From a virus: 64,000 nt of DNA. The notes under the pieces are model-generated. The model saw nothing but the letters and a program-made list of their open reading frames with translations, had not been told where the DNA came from and ran no database searches. The stretch's first letter is position 1. Each line of letters starts with the position of its first letter. A program made the translations under genes and the position numbers. The stretch spans positions 1 to 64,000 of IMG/VR virus record IMGVR_UViG_3300022699_000302; one strand, 5' to 3'. Positions 9,706-17,849 of the stretch are shown piece by piece.

Positions 9706-10411
9706 GGACGCGTACCTTCTTGCTCGAGTCTACTTGGTGAAATTCCGGGAGGCTCTTGAAGCACACCATAGTGCCTTCCGGCGGCTCCGAGCCGCCGAAT
9801 ACCTTATCCGGATCTTTGCCGAAGTAGAGCGACGTCGCCTTGGCACTGGCCATCGATGTCTGGAGACAGAGCATCCCAAACTCCAACATCTCGCAGGGAG
9901 GCAGCTTTTCATCAGCTGCTTTCTCCGCGCCCTGCTTGGTATTGCCTTGCAGGCGGCCTTTAAGGCCCATATTGAAGTAGTGATCCCAGCCCTTTGCAGT
10001 CCAGATCGACATACCATGGCCGGCCTTCGACACGCCGGCGTGCATGCATGCGATATCGTGTTTTGCGCTCATCAGCCACGCCAAAGTGCGGGCCTCTGCG
10101 TTATCGACCATGTCGAGCATGACTTTCGTCTTCTCGGGGTCGATCAATGATTCAACATTGTTTTCGTCAATTTTCTCGACAACCGGGATGGCGTCGAGAC
10201 CGTATCCGCGAATGCGCTCGGCAACGATCTCGGCCTTGGACTTGCCTTTGTGTTCAAGAGTGAAGAACTGATTGGCGTAATTCCGGTCATCGACCTCATC
10301 GAAATCGATGATACGAATCGGAATCACGATGCTCAGAGCCTTCAATCTCTTGGCCAAAAAGTCGAGAGTCCAAGAGCCGAGAGCGCCGGCGCCGATTGCT
10401 ACTATCTCCAC
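9584..10411 (-). CDS. ThiF/MoeB/E1-family adenylyltransferase (Ubl-activating enzyme)
   Basis: IGAGALGS, DFDEVDDRNYANQ, GKSKA, DMVDNAEAR motifs; candidate catalytic Cys in LPPCE. Confidence 0.88.
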   Translation of the reverse strand: MEIVAIGAGALGSWTLDFLAKRLKALSIVIPIRIIDFDEVDDRNYANQFFTLEHKGKSKAEIVAERIRGYGLDAIPVVEKIDENNVESLIDPEKTKVMLDMVDNAEARTLAWLMSAKHDIACMHAGVSKAGHGMSIWTAKGWDHYFNMGLKGRLQGNTKQGAEKAADEKLPPCEMLEFGMLCLQTSMASAKATSLYFGKDPDKVFGGSEPPEGTMVCFKSLPEFHQVDSSKKVRVHGEPDQEEESETGQAEKLEQEEVREEQEEQEEPAATQSEG

Positions 10412-10417
10412 GTTGAA

Positions 10418-11935
10418 TTAGCCTTTCTTCGTCGGCACCTTCAGCGGCGCTGCCGCCTCCATTGGCGGTTTGCTGCTGATCTTCTGGTTGTAATTCATCA
10501 GCGCTTCCAGGTCCTTGGAGGGAATTTTGTGCTTGAACACCTTCACGCCAGGGAACTCTTTGTGAGACTTCTGGAATTGCTGGCGGTATGCACCGATGAT
10601 CCATTGGTACATGGTCCGCTTGGGCTGCGAGTACAGGTCGATCTCGCCACTGGCGATAGTAGACCCGGTCCCGCGTTTCACGTTAGCATCGTTCCTCATG
10701 CACCAATCACAGCACATGAAGAAGAAATCGATCTCTTCGCCATGGAGGTTCGGGCGTTCCCATACCTCCTCAAGCACGTCGGGACGGTGCTCCTTGAGCA
10801 TCTCCTCGTACCAGTCGTGTTTGATCGCGAAGGACACGCAATTCTTGAATGACGTCGCGTGTTTGTTCTCTTCGAGTTCGAGAAAGAATCGCACTGCTAC
10901 GGCTTTTCCGACATAGATTGACGGATAGCCGTCATTGCCTCGTTCGGCTTTGCCGTACTCGAACTTCGAGTAATCCGGCGCTTTCTTCTGGATGATATCG
11001 CCGGTCTGGGCGAGCACCCACTTGGCCGGGAGCTTGGCGAACTTGATCGTGTCATTGTCGTCATTGATCTTTTTGTCGTACATGTTGCAGTTGACCGCTT
11101 CCGGTGTGACTTCCCCGCCGTCGCTCATGTATTGCAGCATGGTGAATCGGAGGAGGGAAAGTCGCAGAGGAATCTTGTCGTTCCTGCTGCACTCCTTCTG
11201 GAGTTGACGAAACAGTGCGGGTGTCGTCTCCCATTCGACCGGAGTCGGCGGGTTGTAGACGAAGGGGGAAAGAGTGTCGGTGTACTTTTTGTGGGCGTAC
11301 TTCAGCAGCTTGGTATGGTCGACCCCGATGGGAATCGGGAGACCACAGTAGAAGCTACCTTTGTAGAAGATACCACAGCAAAATCTGCTGTAGTCTTGGA
11401 TCTTGTAGTTACCGGTTGTTTTTCCACTTCCGATAATGTTGGTCCCACCCACTGACACGCTGACAGGAAAGCTCGGAAGCTTCAGCGAGCTGTCACTGTC
11501 CTCCTTGAGCGCTTTGAACGTCAAGGAACGCATAACGGGTTGGGCAGAACCAGCGCGGGAATTGTCCGCGATGGTGATCGCAGTACGCCACTTGGTGTTG
11601 CTTGCCGCCTTTGTCGCTGCCGTCGCAGTCGGAACAAATACGCCATTTTCCTGGAGCTCTTCCACTGAGTCGGCCGACATCGGTACGAAGAGAGGAGCGT
11701 TGTTGTCCTTGGTGCTCCAGACATTGCCTTGCGGATCGTACTTCTCTTTGACGATCTTTTCGATCGTGTCCATGTCGAAGTACCCCGCATCCTGGACCTC
11801 AATCTGCATATCGATCGGACGAATCGTGTCAGCGAATTCGCCTTTATCGACAATGCCGAGGTCCTTATTCGTGAATACTGACAGGGTCAGTAATACATGA
11901 CCCTGACTGTTCGGACTTAGGTGGACTACTCTCAT
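10418..11935 (-). CDS. Hypothetical 505-aa protein of E1 cluster (possible E2-like region; ends ...PTKKG)
   Basis: CAGGA RBS, co-oriented with E1; RPNLHG..CCDWC only weakly recalls E2 HPN..C. Confidence 0.45.
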   Translation of the reverse strand: MRVVHLSPNSQGHVLLTLSVFTNKDLGIVDKGEFADTIRPIDMQIEVQDAGYFDMDTIEKIVKEKYDPQGNVWSTKDNNAPLFVPMSADSVEELQENGVFVPTATAATKAASNTKWRTAITIADNSRAGSAQPVMRSLTFKALKEDSDSSLKLPSFPVSVSVGGTNIIGSGKTTGNYKIQDYSRFCCGIFYKGSFYCGLPIPIGVDHTKLLKYAHKKYTDTLSPFVYNPPTPVEWETTPALFRQLQKECSRNDKIPLRLSLLRFTMLQYMSDGGEVTPEAVNCNMYDKKINDDNDTIKFAKLPAKWVLAQTGDIIQKKAPDYSKFEYGKAERGNDGYPSIYVGKAVAVRFFLELEENKHATSFKNCVSFAIKHDWYEEMLKEHRPDVLEEVWERPNLHGEEIDFFFMCCDWCMRNDANVKRGTGSTIASGEIDLYSQPKRTMYQWIIGAYRQQFQKSHKEFPGVKVFKHKIPSKDLEALMNYNQKISSKPPMEAAAPLKVPTKKG

Positions 11936-11950
11936 GATTTCCTGTTAGAA

Positions 11951-11989
11951 ACAAAAGAAATACGGGGCGCCCCGAAGGACGCCCCGTAT
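11951..11989 (-). terminator. Intrinsic terminator after candidate Ubl gene
   Basis: ATACGGGGCG/CGCCCCGTAT stem + TTTCTTTTG on minus strand. Confidence 0.8.
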
Positions 11990-12011
11990 ACGTGATTCGA
12001 GCTGTTTCGGC

Positions 12012-12437
12012 TTAGCCGAAGACGGTCTGCAGCTCGAGGAGGTAGTCGCCATCGGGGTCCTGGGAGAGGACGATGTCCTCTTCCTTGATGACGAACTTGC
12101 CCGGGTTGTCCGAGGTGGAGATCTTGTCGCCGTGGTGCTCGACCAGCCACTTCACCGCGTAGGCCCGGATCTGGTCCTGCTTGCTCAGCCCACCGTGGGC
12201 CTGGGCCTGCGAGAAGGCCTTGTTCGCCTCGCTCTGCGCGCCCTCGAGATCCTTCAGGTCCTTGAGCTGATCAGCGATCGATTTGCCGCTGGTCAGGCTC
12301 GCGGTGGCCTGCTTGACGTCGAATTTGGGCGCTGACGTCAGGTCTTCAAATTCCGGGAGGTTGATCTGGTCGTTGATCGCCAGGAACTTCCCGTTCGGGC
12401 CTCGCCCGTGTACGTTGAATGTCAACTTGTTGCTCAT
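12012..12437 (-). CDS. Candidate ubiquitin-like (beta-grasp) modifier, 141 aa, ends DGDYLLELQTVFG
   Basis: C-terminal DGD-hydrophobic strand-Gly recalls ThiS/MoaD/Ub termini; strong C/G third-position bias; first gene of E1 cluster. Confidence 0.35.
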   Translation of the reverse strand: MSNKLTFNVHGRGPNGKFLAINDQINLPEFEDLTSAPKFDVKQATASLTSGKSIADQLKDLKDLEGAQSEANKAFSQAQAHGGLSKQDQIRAYAVKWLVEHHGDKISTSDNPGKFVIKEEDIVLSQDPDGDYLLELQTVFG

Positions 12438-12464
12438 CGCTTCCTCTTTCTCCGGAGAAAAACG

Positions 12465-12487
12465 TTGGTTGCGTCCGATGCAACCAA
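12465..12487 (-). promoter_or_regulatory. 23-bp dyad element, copy 1
   Basis: TTGGTTGCGTCCGATGCAACCAA, 28 bp upstream of the 12437 start. Confidence 0.75.
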
Positions 12488-12497
12488 TCTACTGAAT

Positions 12498-12884
12498 TCA
12501 GGTGTTCGCTTCATCGACCTTAGCTTCGCCGACAAATGCCTCAAGCATTCCCTGTTCTTCGAGAATTTCCTTCACTTGAGCCATCTGTTCTTCAGCAAAA
12601 CCAACGTCGGACATCCACTCCCAGATCGGGAGTATGAGCGGGTTTTCGGGGTTATGGCACACCCCCGGTCCGCGATCGCCGTTCTCGGCCCAGCCGGTCC
12701 CCGTGTACGGGTAAATCGACCCCTTCTTGCACTGGATGCCCTGGAAGTAGAACCCATGCTTCGGGTGCCTTCCAAGAATACAGCGCGCAGACAGATCCTC
12801 CGTGGTAAGTGTTACCTCGAAGATCTCTCCCAGGGACTTCTCCTGTACCGAAGCCGGCTGATCCTGGGTCTCGGTATTGCTCAT
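12498..12884 (-). CDS. Hypothetical protein
   Basis: 128 aa ORF, GGAGG RBS, ATGA-coupled to upstream gene. Confidence 0.7.
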   Translation of the reverse strand: MSNTETQDQPASVQEKSLGEIFEVTLTTEDLSARCILGRHPKHGFYFQGIQCKKGSIYPYTGTGWAENGDRGPGVCHNPENPLILPIWEWMSDVGFAEEQMAQVKEILEEQGMLEAFVGEAKVDEANT

Positions 12885-13630
12885 GCATCCTCCTGTCGAA
12901 ACAATTGAACTACGACCGCTCTCCCGTGACCGATGATTGTCCAGTGATGGTTGGTCATCACCGCCAGAACTCTGCTCTGACCGTGGAAGAAAGAGCCTAT
13001 ATCCGCCACGATTATTATTGGAGCAGAAGGCGACTCGGCTTGAACCGAATCTTGTCTGACAAACTTGCCCCCTTCAAAAGACAACCAAAGGAGCTGGCGC
13101 CTCGACTTCTTTCGAGGGACTTCTCGAGTAATCGCATCGAGCCTGAGCGGCTGCAGTTGCTCAGGATCGTACTCGATCATGTCCTCCGTAAGAAGCCTCA
13201 GAGCCTCTTGACACCTCTTGACGTAGTCGTGTTTCCGCTTAGCGCCCCTAACAGAAAACACGGCTGGTCGCCAAAAGTAAGTTGCTGTAACAGCACAGCT
13301 TTTAACCGACTGATACGCGTCGTCAGTCGATAATTGAACTGCAAATATGTCTTCGCTCTCGATAGCTTCTTCGATGATCACGGGTTTATCGAATAGCCGT
13401 CTCTGTTTCTTCGACACTTCCGCTGCGGTCGTAATTGTTTCGGAAGGTACAAGTTCAGAGAAGTAAAATGAGAGCGGGTTTTCTTGTCGTTTCTTGGCAG
13501 TAAAAAGAGACTTCAGGGCTCCCTGAAGCACTCGTCGGGCGTACTCGACTTCCGTGGAATCGGGGCGAAAATTGTAAAGCTCTTCCACATAGTCTTGGAT
13601 CACTTTATCGGGGATTTTTAGATCCGGCAT
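12881..13630 (-). CDS. Hypothetical protein
   Basis: 249 aa ORF in minus-strand operon. Confidence 0.7.
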   Translation of the reverse strand: MPDLKIPDKVIQDYVEELYNFRPDSTEVEYARRVLQGALKSLFTAKKRQENPLSFYFSELVPSETITTAAEVSKKQRRLFDKPVIIEEAIESEDIFAVQLSTDDAYQSVKSCAVTATYFWRPAVFSVRGAKRKHDYVKRCQEALRLLTEDMIEYDPEQLQPLRLDAITREVPRKKSRRQLLWLSFEGGKFVRQDSVQAESPSAPIIIVADIGSFFHGQSRVLAVMTNHHWTIIGHGRAVVVQLFRQEDA

Positions 13631-13808
13631 CTTTCAACAGCCTTTCTCGTATGACATGAGTGGCTTGCTCAGCCGTGGAGCTGGTTGCACTGATTCGGTC
13701 CAGAGATCTATCGATAGACTCTCGAATTTCACTACTGACCTCTCCTGCGGCTATAGCAACTGTCAGCAGCCACATCGATTGCTCGATCAGTTGTTCTCTG
13801 TCGGTCAT
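13605..13808 (-). CDS. Hypothetical protein (start MTDREQ)
   Basis: AAAGGT RBS before ATG 13808. Confidence 0.55.
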   Translation of the reverse strand: MTDREQLIEQSMWLLTVAIAAGEVSSEIRESIDRSLDRISATSSTAEQATHVIRERLLKDAGSKNPR

Positions 13809-13921
13809 TTCTACCTTTCGTAAAATAGCGGGGCGCATCTATCGCCCCGCTTCGTCCCGTTTACGTGCATGGTGCAGCTCAAGCAGCTACGGTGAGACTG
13901 TCCACCACGCTGCGAGCCGCG

Positions 13922-14614
13922 TCATGACGTAGACGAGGCGCGACACTTTGACGCTCCTTTCTTTTTCCTTCTGAAAGTCCCCGCGAAGTAGTGTCCCTTG
14001 ATCGGGAGCTGCCACTTCAACTCTTTCGGTGTATCGCTGAGCATTTGCTCACACACCAGCCGGCCGAACCCGCAGATGATATCTGCGTTGAATGGGTTGA
14101 TCACCTCGAGTCGGCGGCCATCCTTGTCATCGTTAATCTTTACCCGAATGAGATTGGGTATCACTTCTTCGGGGTTGCCAAGCGCGAGTCGACGTAGGTC
14201 TTCGAGGCGGACCAACCAGTTGTAGTCCCGCCTGAACGTCAGTTCGTCGTACTTGCAACGGAGCGTTTTCAGCATTTCCTGCAGGGTCATCGAAGCTGCC
14301 GACCAGGATCCGGTCGGTATCTTTTGTTGGGCCTTCAATGCCTGGTGCAGAGACCACACCCGCTTCGACGAATATTTCGCCGTTGCCAGTGCGATCAGTG
14401 CCGGAGCTGTGTCGAAATATCGCAGGAGCTTTTCCATCACTCCTACCGTACAGACACCGCTGCCCATCAACTCACATTGATGCACAGTGATGCTGGCTGC
14501 TACTTCTTCGATTGAATCGTGTTCCTTAGCGCGGATCTCTTCTTTGATCTCGTCGAGCTTGGCCAGATCAAAGGAAGAGAACCGCTCTGCGTCCCCATCA
14601 TCTTCGTCAGTCAT
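13922..14614 (-). CDS. Hypothetical protein
   Basis: 230 aa ORF, AGGGG RBS, promoter motif upstream. Confidence 0.7.
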   Translation of the reverse strand: MTDEDDGDAERFSSFDLAKLDEIKEEIRAKEHDSIEEVAASITVHQCELMGSGVCTVGVMEKLLRYFDTAPALIALATAKYSSKRVWSLHQALKAQQKIPTGSWSAASMTLQEMLKTLRCKYDELTFRRDYNWLVRLEDLRRLALGNPEEVIPNLIRVKINDDKDGRRLEVINPFNADIICGFGRLVCEQMLSDTPKELKWQLPIKGHYFAGTFRRKKKGASKCRASSTS

Positions 14615-14656
14615 TCATCCCCTTTCATGTATTGCTCGACATAAGAACTGCCACTT

Positions 14657-14665
14657 TCTTAGGCC
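14657..14665 (-). promoter_or_regulatory. GGCCTAAGA promoter-like motif
   Basis: One of 9 copies; first G 51 bp upstream of ATG 14614. Confidence 0.6.
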
Positions 14666-14687
14666 GCATGTTAGACGGTGTTTGGGT

Positions 14688-16721
14688 TTAGGTCTTGCTG
14701 TACCCTTCCATCAATCCTCCGCCCATGAGGACAGTGATCTGCTGGAACATGAACCGGGTGTTCTTTTTCGTCTCGTCACTGAGCTGGATCGGGTTATTCA
14801 CCATGTAATTGATGTTCTCCCGAAGTATCTCACGCCTCTTGAATAGCTCCGACACGGTGACATTGACCGGAACTCCTTTGAGATAGTATTGGACTGCTTT
14901 CGGCGGAACGAAGGTGACGAGAGCGAGATCAACCATGCCTTGCTCTTCTCCTCGCATGTTGAACAGCGGTGCTTGGCCGGACTCTTCAGAAGTACGCTGA
15001 ACCAACCCGGCATAGTTGTGCGGGTGCGTACTTTCCATCGGCCAGACCGGCGCCATCTCTACCAGCTCGTCCGACCCCGGCAACTTCATCAGAAACACCG
15101 GAGGCATGCCGTCTTCACGGAATTCTTCGTTGATCCACGGATCGTATGTGTTGGTGCGAGACTCGCTGGACCCCTTTCGGATCTCCTCTACCTCTGAGAG
15201 CGTAGCTTCCATCTCAGCCTGAGTTTCCGCAACCGTGGCGGCCAGGTCTTCGATGCGCGAAGAGGAGGCTTGGTTGAAGAAATGGCCGGCACCCCAGATG
15301 ATGGCGCTTTCCAGCTTGGAGAAAAAGTTGATGCCCGACCCCGACACGGTGCAGGCGAATTTCTCCTTGGTCCCGTCGTAGTACAGCGAGAATTCGCTTC
15401 CACCAGCGTCGAATGCATTTCGATTCGGATTGTCCCGAAGAACCATCGAGAGAACCTCTCGGCTGATGACTCCCTGAAGTGCGGGTGTCTTCGATGAGAA
15501 CTTCCCCTCTTCTGTCGGACAAAGATGGAGATTCCCGATCAGGGCTGTCACAGGGAATTCCAGTCCTTCGATATCGAGAGTCGCTCCTTCAAGGAGAATT
15601 TCACCGTTATCGCGGTCGTCGCTGTCATCGCTTCCTTTGATCTCGAGCTCGTCCTCCTCCGAGAGTTCAAGGTCCTCAGGAACTCCTGCCGTGACGTAGT
15701 CACCGATCAAAGAGTCGGCAACCTCAACACGGAATTCCTCGAATCGCTTGTAATACGCTTTGCACAGTTTCTCCCTGTGCTCCTCACACATATCGGACAA
15801 CTTGGGCGACACCCCGGTAACTCCGTGCACCAGCTCGCCAAGCCGACTGTAGACCGTTGCCGTACAGTGATGGTGGATCATCGCCGCGATCTGGTAGATC
15901 TGTTCCAGCATTTCATTGACGACCGTCTCGGAGGTCTCAAAGGCGGCGTCAGGATCATCTTGTAGATGCTGAAGCATACCGATAACGTCCAAGAGGATGT
16001 CGCAGCAATCCTCCCGTAAGTCAGGGGTGCCCTCGAAGTCCAGGCCGTAATCCGACAGCCCCTCGTAGTCCTTCAATGCAATGCGTACGACGTCGTCGAC
16101 AGTCCACCCCTGCTCGAAAATCGGCCCGTCGTAATCGATGTCGCTGGTAGTGGACTTGTAGTGCTTAAATATTGAGGTTGCCACGAATGCGACATCAGCC
16201 GATCTCTCCGGCCGGTTCTCGAGTTTCCCTGTGATGAGGTGTTCGATTTCCGTTTTGACCTTCTCGATGTCCGTGCTGTAGAGTCGGAAGTTTGCGGTGT
16301 CTCCTCCTTCTTCGAGGTCTCGGCCGTTATGCAGTTTGGCCGGGTCTACATCGTTCAGATCAGTGACGAACGGCGGGATCGGGTAGTCTTTATCCCTTTT
16401 CTTGTAGTGGGACTTCGAGACGAATCGGAAGGAGTTCAGAACGTCTCTCGGCGTCCCCAAGATTTCCGCTACCTTCTGGAAAGATTCGGACTGCGGCAGA
16501 TCCTGATCGATCCCCATGATCATCAGATCACCGTTGGTCATGTTGTCGATCTTAATTGGGTGTTCACTGCCTTCGGGAATGCGGTATACTCTGACACCGC
16601 CGCTGCGCTTGACAGCCTCTTCAATGGCCGAACGCGCATCGTATAAATGGTTCTGATTCTTTCCGAAGATCGGGAAGATGTCTTTGGCACAGGGGCCGTA
16701 TAGTTGAGCAGTTTGTGTCAT
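14688..16721 (-). CDS. Large acidic hypothetical protein (677 aa)
   Basis: Long uninterrupted ORF; no family recognised. Confidence 0.75.
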   Translation of the reverse strand: MTQTAQLYGPCAKDIFPIFGKNQNHLYDARSAIEEAVKRSGGVRVYRIPEGSEHPIKIDNMTNGDLMIMGIDQDLPQSESFQKVAEILGTPRDVLNSFRFVSKSHYKKRDKDYPIPPFVTDLNDVDPAKLHNGRDLEEGGDTANFRLYSTDIEKVKTEIEHLITGKLENRPERSADVAFVATSIFKHYKSTTSDIDYDGPIFEQGWTVDDVVRIALKDYEGLSDYGLDFEGTPDLREDCCDILLDVIGMLQHLQDDPDAAFETSETVVNEMLEQIYQIAAMIHHHCTATVYSRLGELVHGVTGVSPKLSDMCEEHREKLCKAYYKRFEEFRVEVADSLIGDYVTAGVPEDLELSEEDELEIKGSDDSDDRDNGEILLEGATLDIEGLEFPVTALIGNLHLCPTEEGKFSSKTPALQGVISREVLSMVLRDNPNRNAFDAGGSEFSLYYDGTKEKFACTVSGSGINFFSKLESAIIWGAGHFFNQASSSRIEDLAATVAETQAEMEATLSEVEEIRKGSSESRTNTYDPWINEEFREDGMPPVFLMKLPGSDELVEMAPVWPMESTHPHNYAGLVQRTSEESGQAPLFNMRGEEQGMVDLALVTFVPPKAVQYYLKGVPVNVTVSELFKRREILRENINYMVNNPIQLSDETKKNTRFMFQQITVLMGGGLMEGYSKT

Positions 16722-16741
16722 GCAGTTCTCCAGGAGAAACC

Positions 16742-17452
16742 ATGGAAAAAGGAAAAGCCTCCGCAGGCTCTTTTCAAAGCAAGGAAAAGATTGAAGAGCA
16801 GATTCGTCGAGACCGGACTGAGCAGGCTGCTAAGGCCGCGCAGAACGAGCGTCTCAAGGAGGAAGCTGAATCTGAAGGTGAAGAAAAGAAAGAGGACAGC
16901 CCTACGGCTATCCCGAAAAAGGTTCCGTGCGCAGTCCACGGAAAAGAAATTCCGTTTGAAAAATTCCGTAAGAGGTATGAGGACGTATTCGATCAAGTCA
17001 AAGACAAGGTTCATCTCAGCCGGGGATGTGTAGAGTTTTCAGCCTCTGTTGGGGGTGGGCAGAGAATCAAGGTTAAGACTCTGAGCTCAGGTGAACAAAA
17101 ATTCGTCTCTCATATGTCTAAGGCCACAAATTCAGGCTTTTCTAAGGCGGTAGACCAAGACGAGTTCTACCGATGGACGTTGATCTTCGCTTTGATTCAG
17201 TACGGGACGCAGAACGTGTCTGTGGCCGCTCCTCCTCGTGTGTTTTCTAGTGGACCGTTTCAGGAAAAATCAGAAGAGGACGTTGAAGCCTATCTCGGCC
17301 TGGGGGAAATAGAATCTGACTCTAAAGTGCGGGAGAAATTGGATTTGATCGACTCTCTCCCCCAGATGGTCTACAACGAGATCACTGGAATCGTCGTAGA
17401 TGTTATGCAGGCCACTAGCCTCGCTATCCAGGAGGATGTGGTAAACCCCTAA
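16742..17452 (+). CDS. Tail assembly chaperone, upstream ORF (gpG-like)
   Basis: CAGGAG RBS before ATG 16742; two genes before tape measure; ends at slippery A AAC CCC TAA. Confidence 0.6.
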   Translation: MEKGKASAGSFQSKEKIEEQIRRDRTEQAAKAAQNERLKEEAESEGEEKKEDSPTAIPKKVPCAVHGKEIPFEKFRKRYEDVFDQVKDKVHLSRGCVEFSASVGGGQRIKVKTLSSGEQKFVSHMSKATNSGFSKAVDQDEFYRWTLIFALIQYGTQNVSVAAPPRVFSSGPFQEKSEEDVEAYLGLGEIESDSKVREKLDLIDSLPQMVYNEITGIVVDVMQATSLAIQEDVVNP

Positions 17453-17466
17453 GAACCCCACAGGCC

Positions 17467-17841
17467 TTGTTCAGGGGTCAGCTCATCCTGCAGGGGTTCG
17501 ATTACCAGAGCTGGCCTAATGAGGACCCGTTTGATCACCACCGTGAGATTACAGCTCTGGCTGTTTTATCTCGTAATAATGCTCTTGAGTTAGCATCTCG
17601 TATTGCATCGGTATACACGAATGCGCGTTCTGAAGAGCACGCCACCAAGCTGGTTGAAGCGCTCAAGTCTTTGTACCTCATCGGTCACGACGAGCGTAAA
17701 AAGGTTCAACAAGCCGAAGAGCATAAGAAATTCATCAAACTGATGAGTGAGGGAATCCAGATCACACCGGTGGGTCGGGATGGCCCGGTTACTGGTCGCA
17801 TGGTCGAAATTGATCGTCAGACCGGCCAGCAAATCAGCTAA
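17467..17841 (+). CDS. Tail assembly chaperone downstream ORF (gpT-like; probably reached by -1 frameshift)
   Basis: -1 frame open from 17419; no RBS before the TTG; directly precedes tape measure. Confidence 0.6.
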   Translation: MFRGQLILQGFDYQSWPNEDPFDHHREITALAVLSRNNALELASRIASVYTNARSEEHATKLVEALKSLYLIGHDERKKVQQAEEHKKFIKLMSEGIQITPVGRDGPVTGRMVEIDRQTGQQIS

Positions 17842-17849
17842 GGATTTCT

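Noticed and set aside
9584-10411. ThiF/MoeB for thiamine or molybdopterin synthesis
   Set aside because: No thiS/thiG/moaD/moaE or other cofactor genes nearby, and no Zn-binding CxxC pairs typical of ThiF/MoeB; not fully excluded
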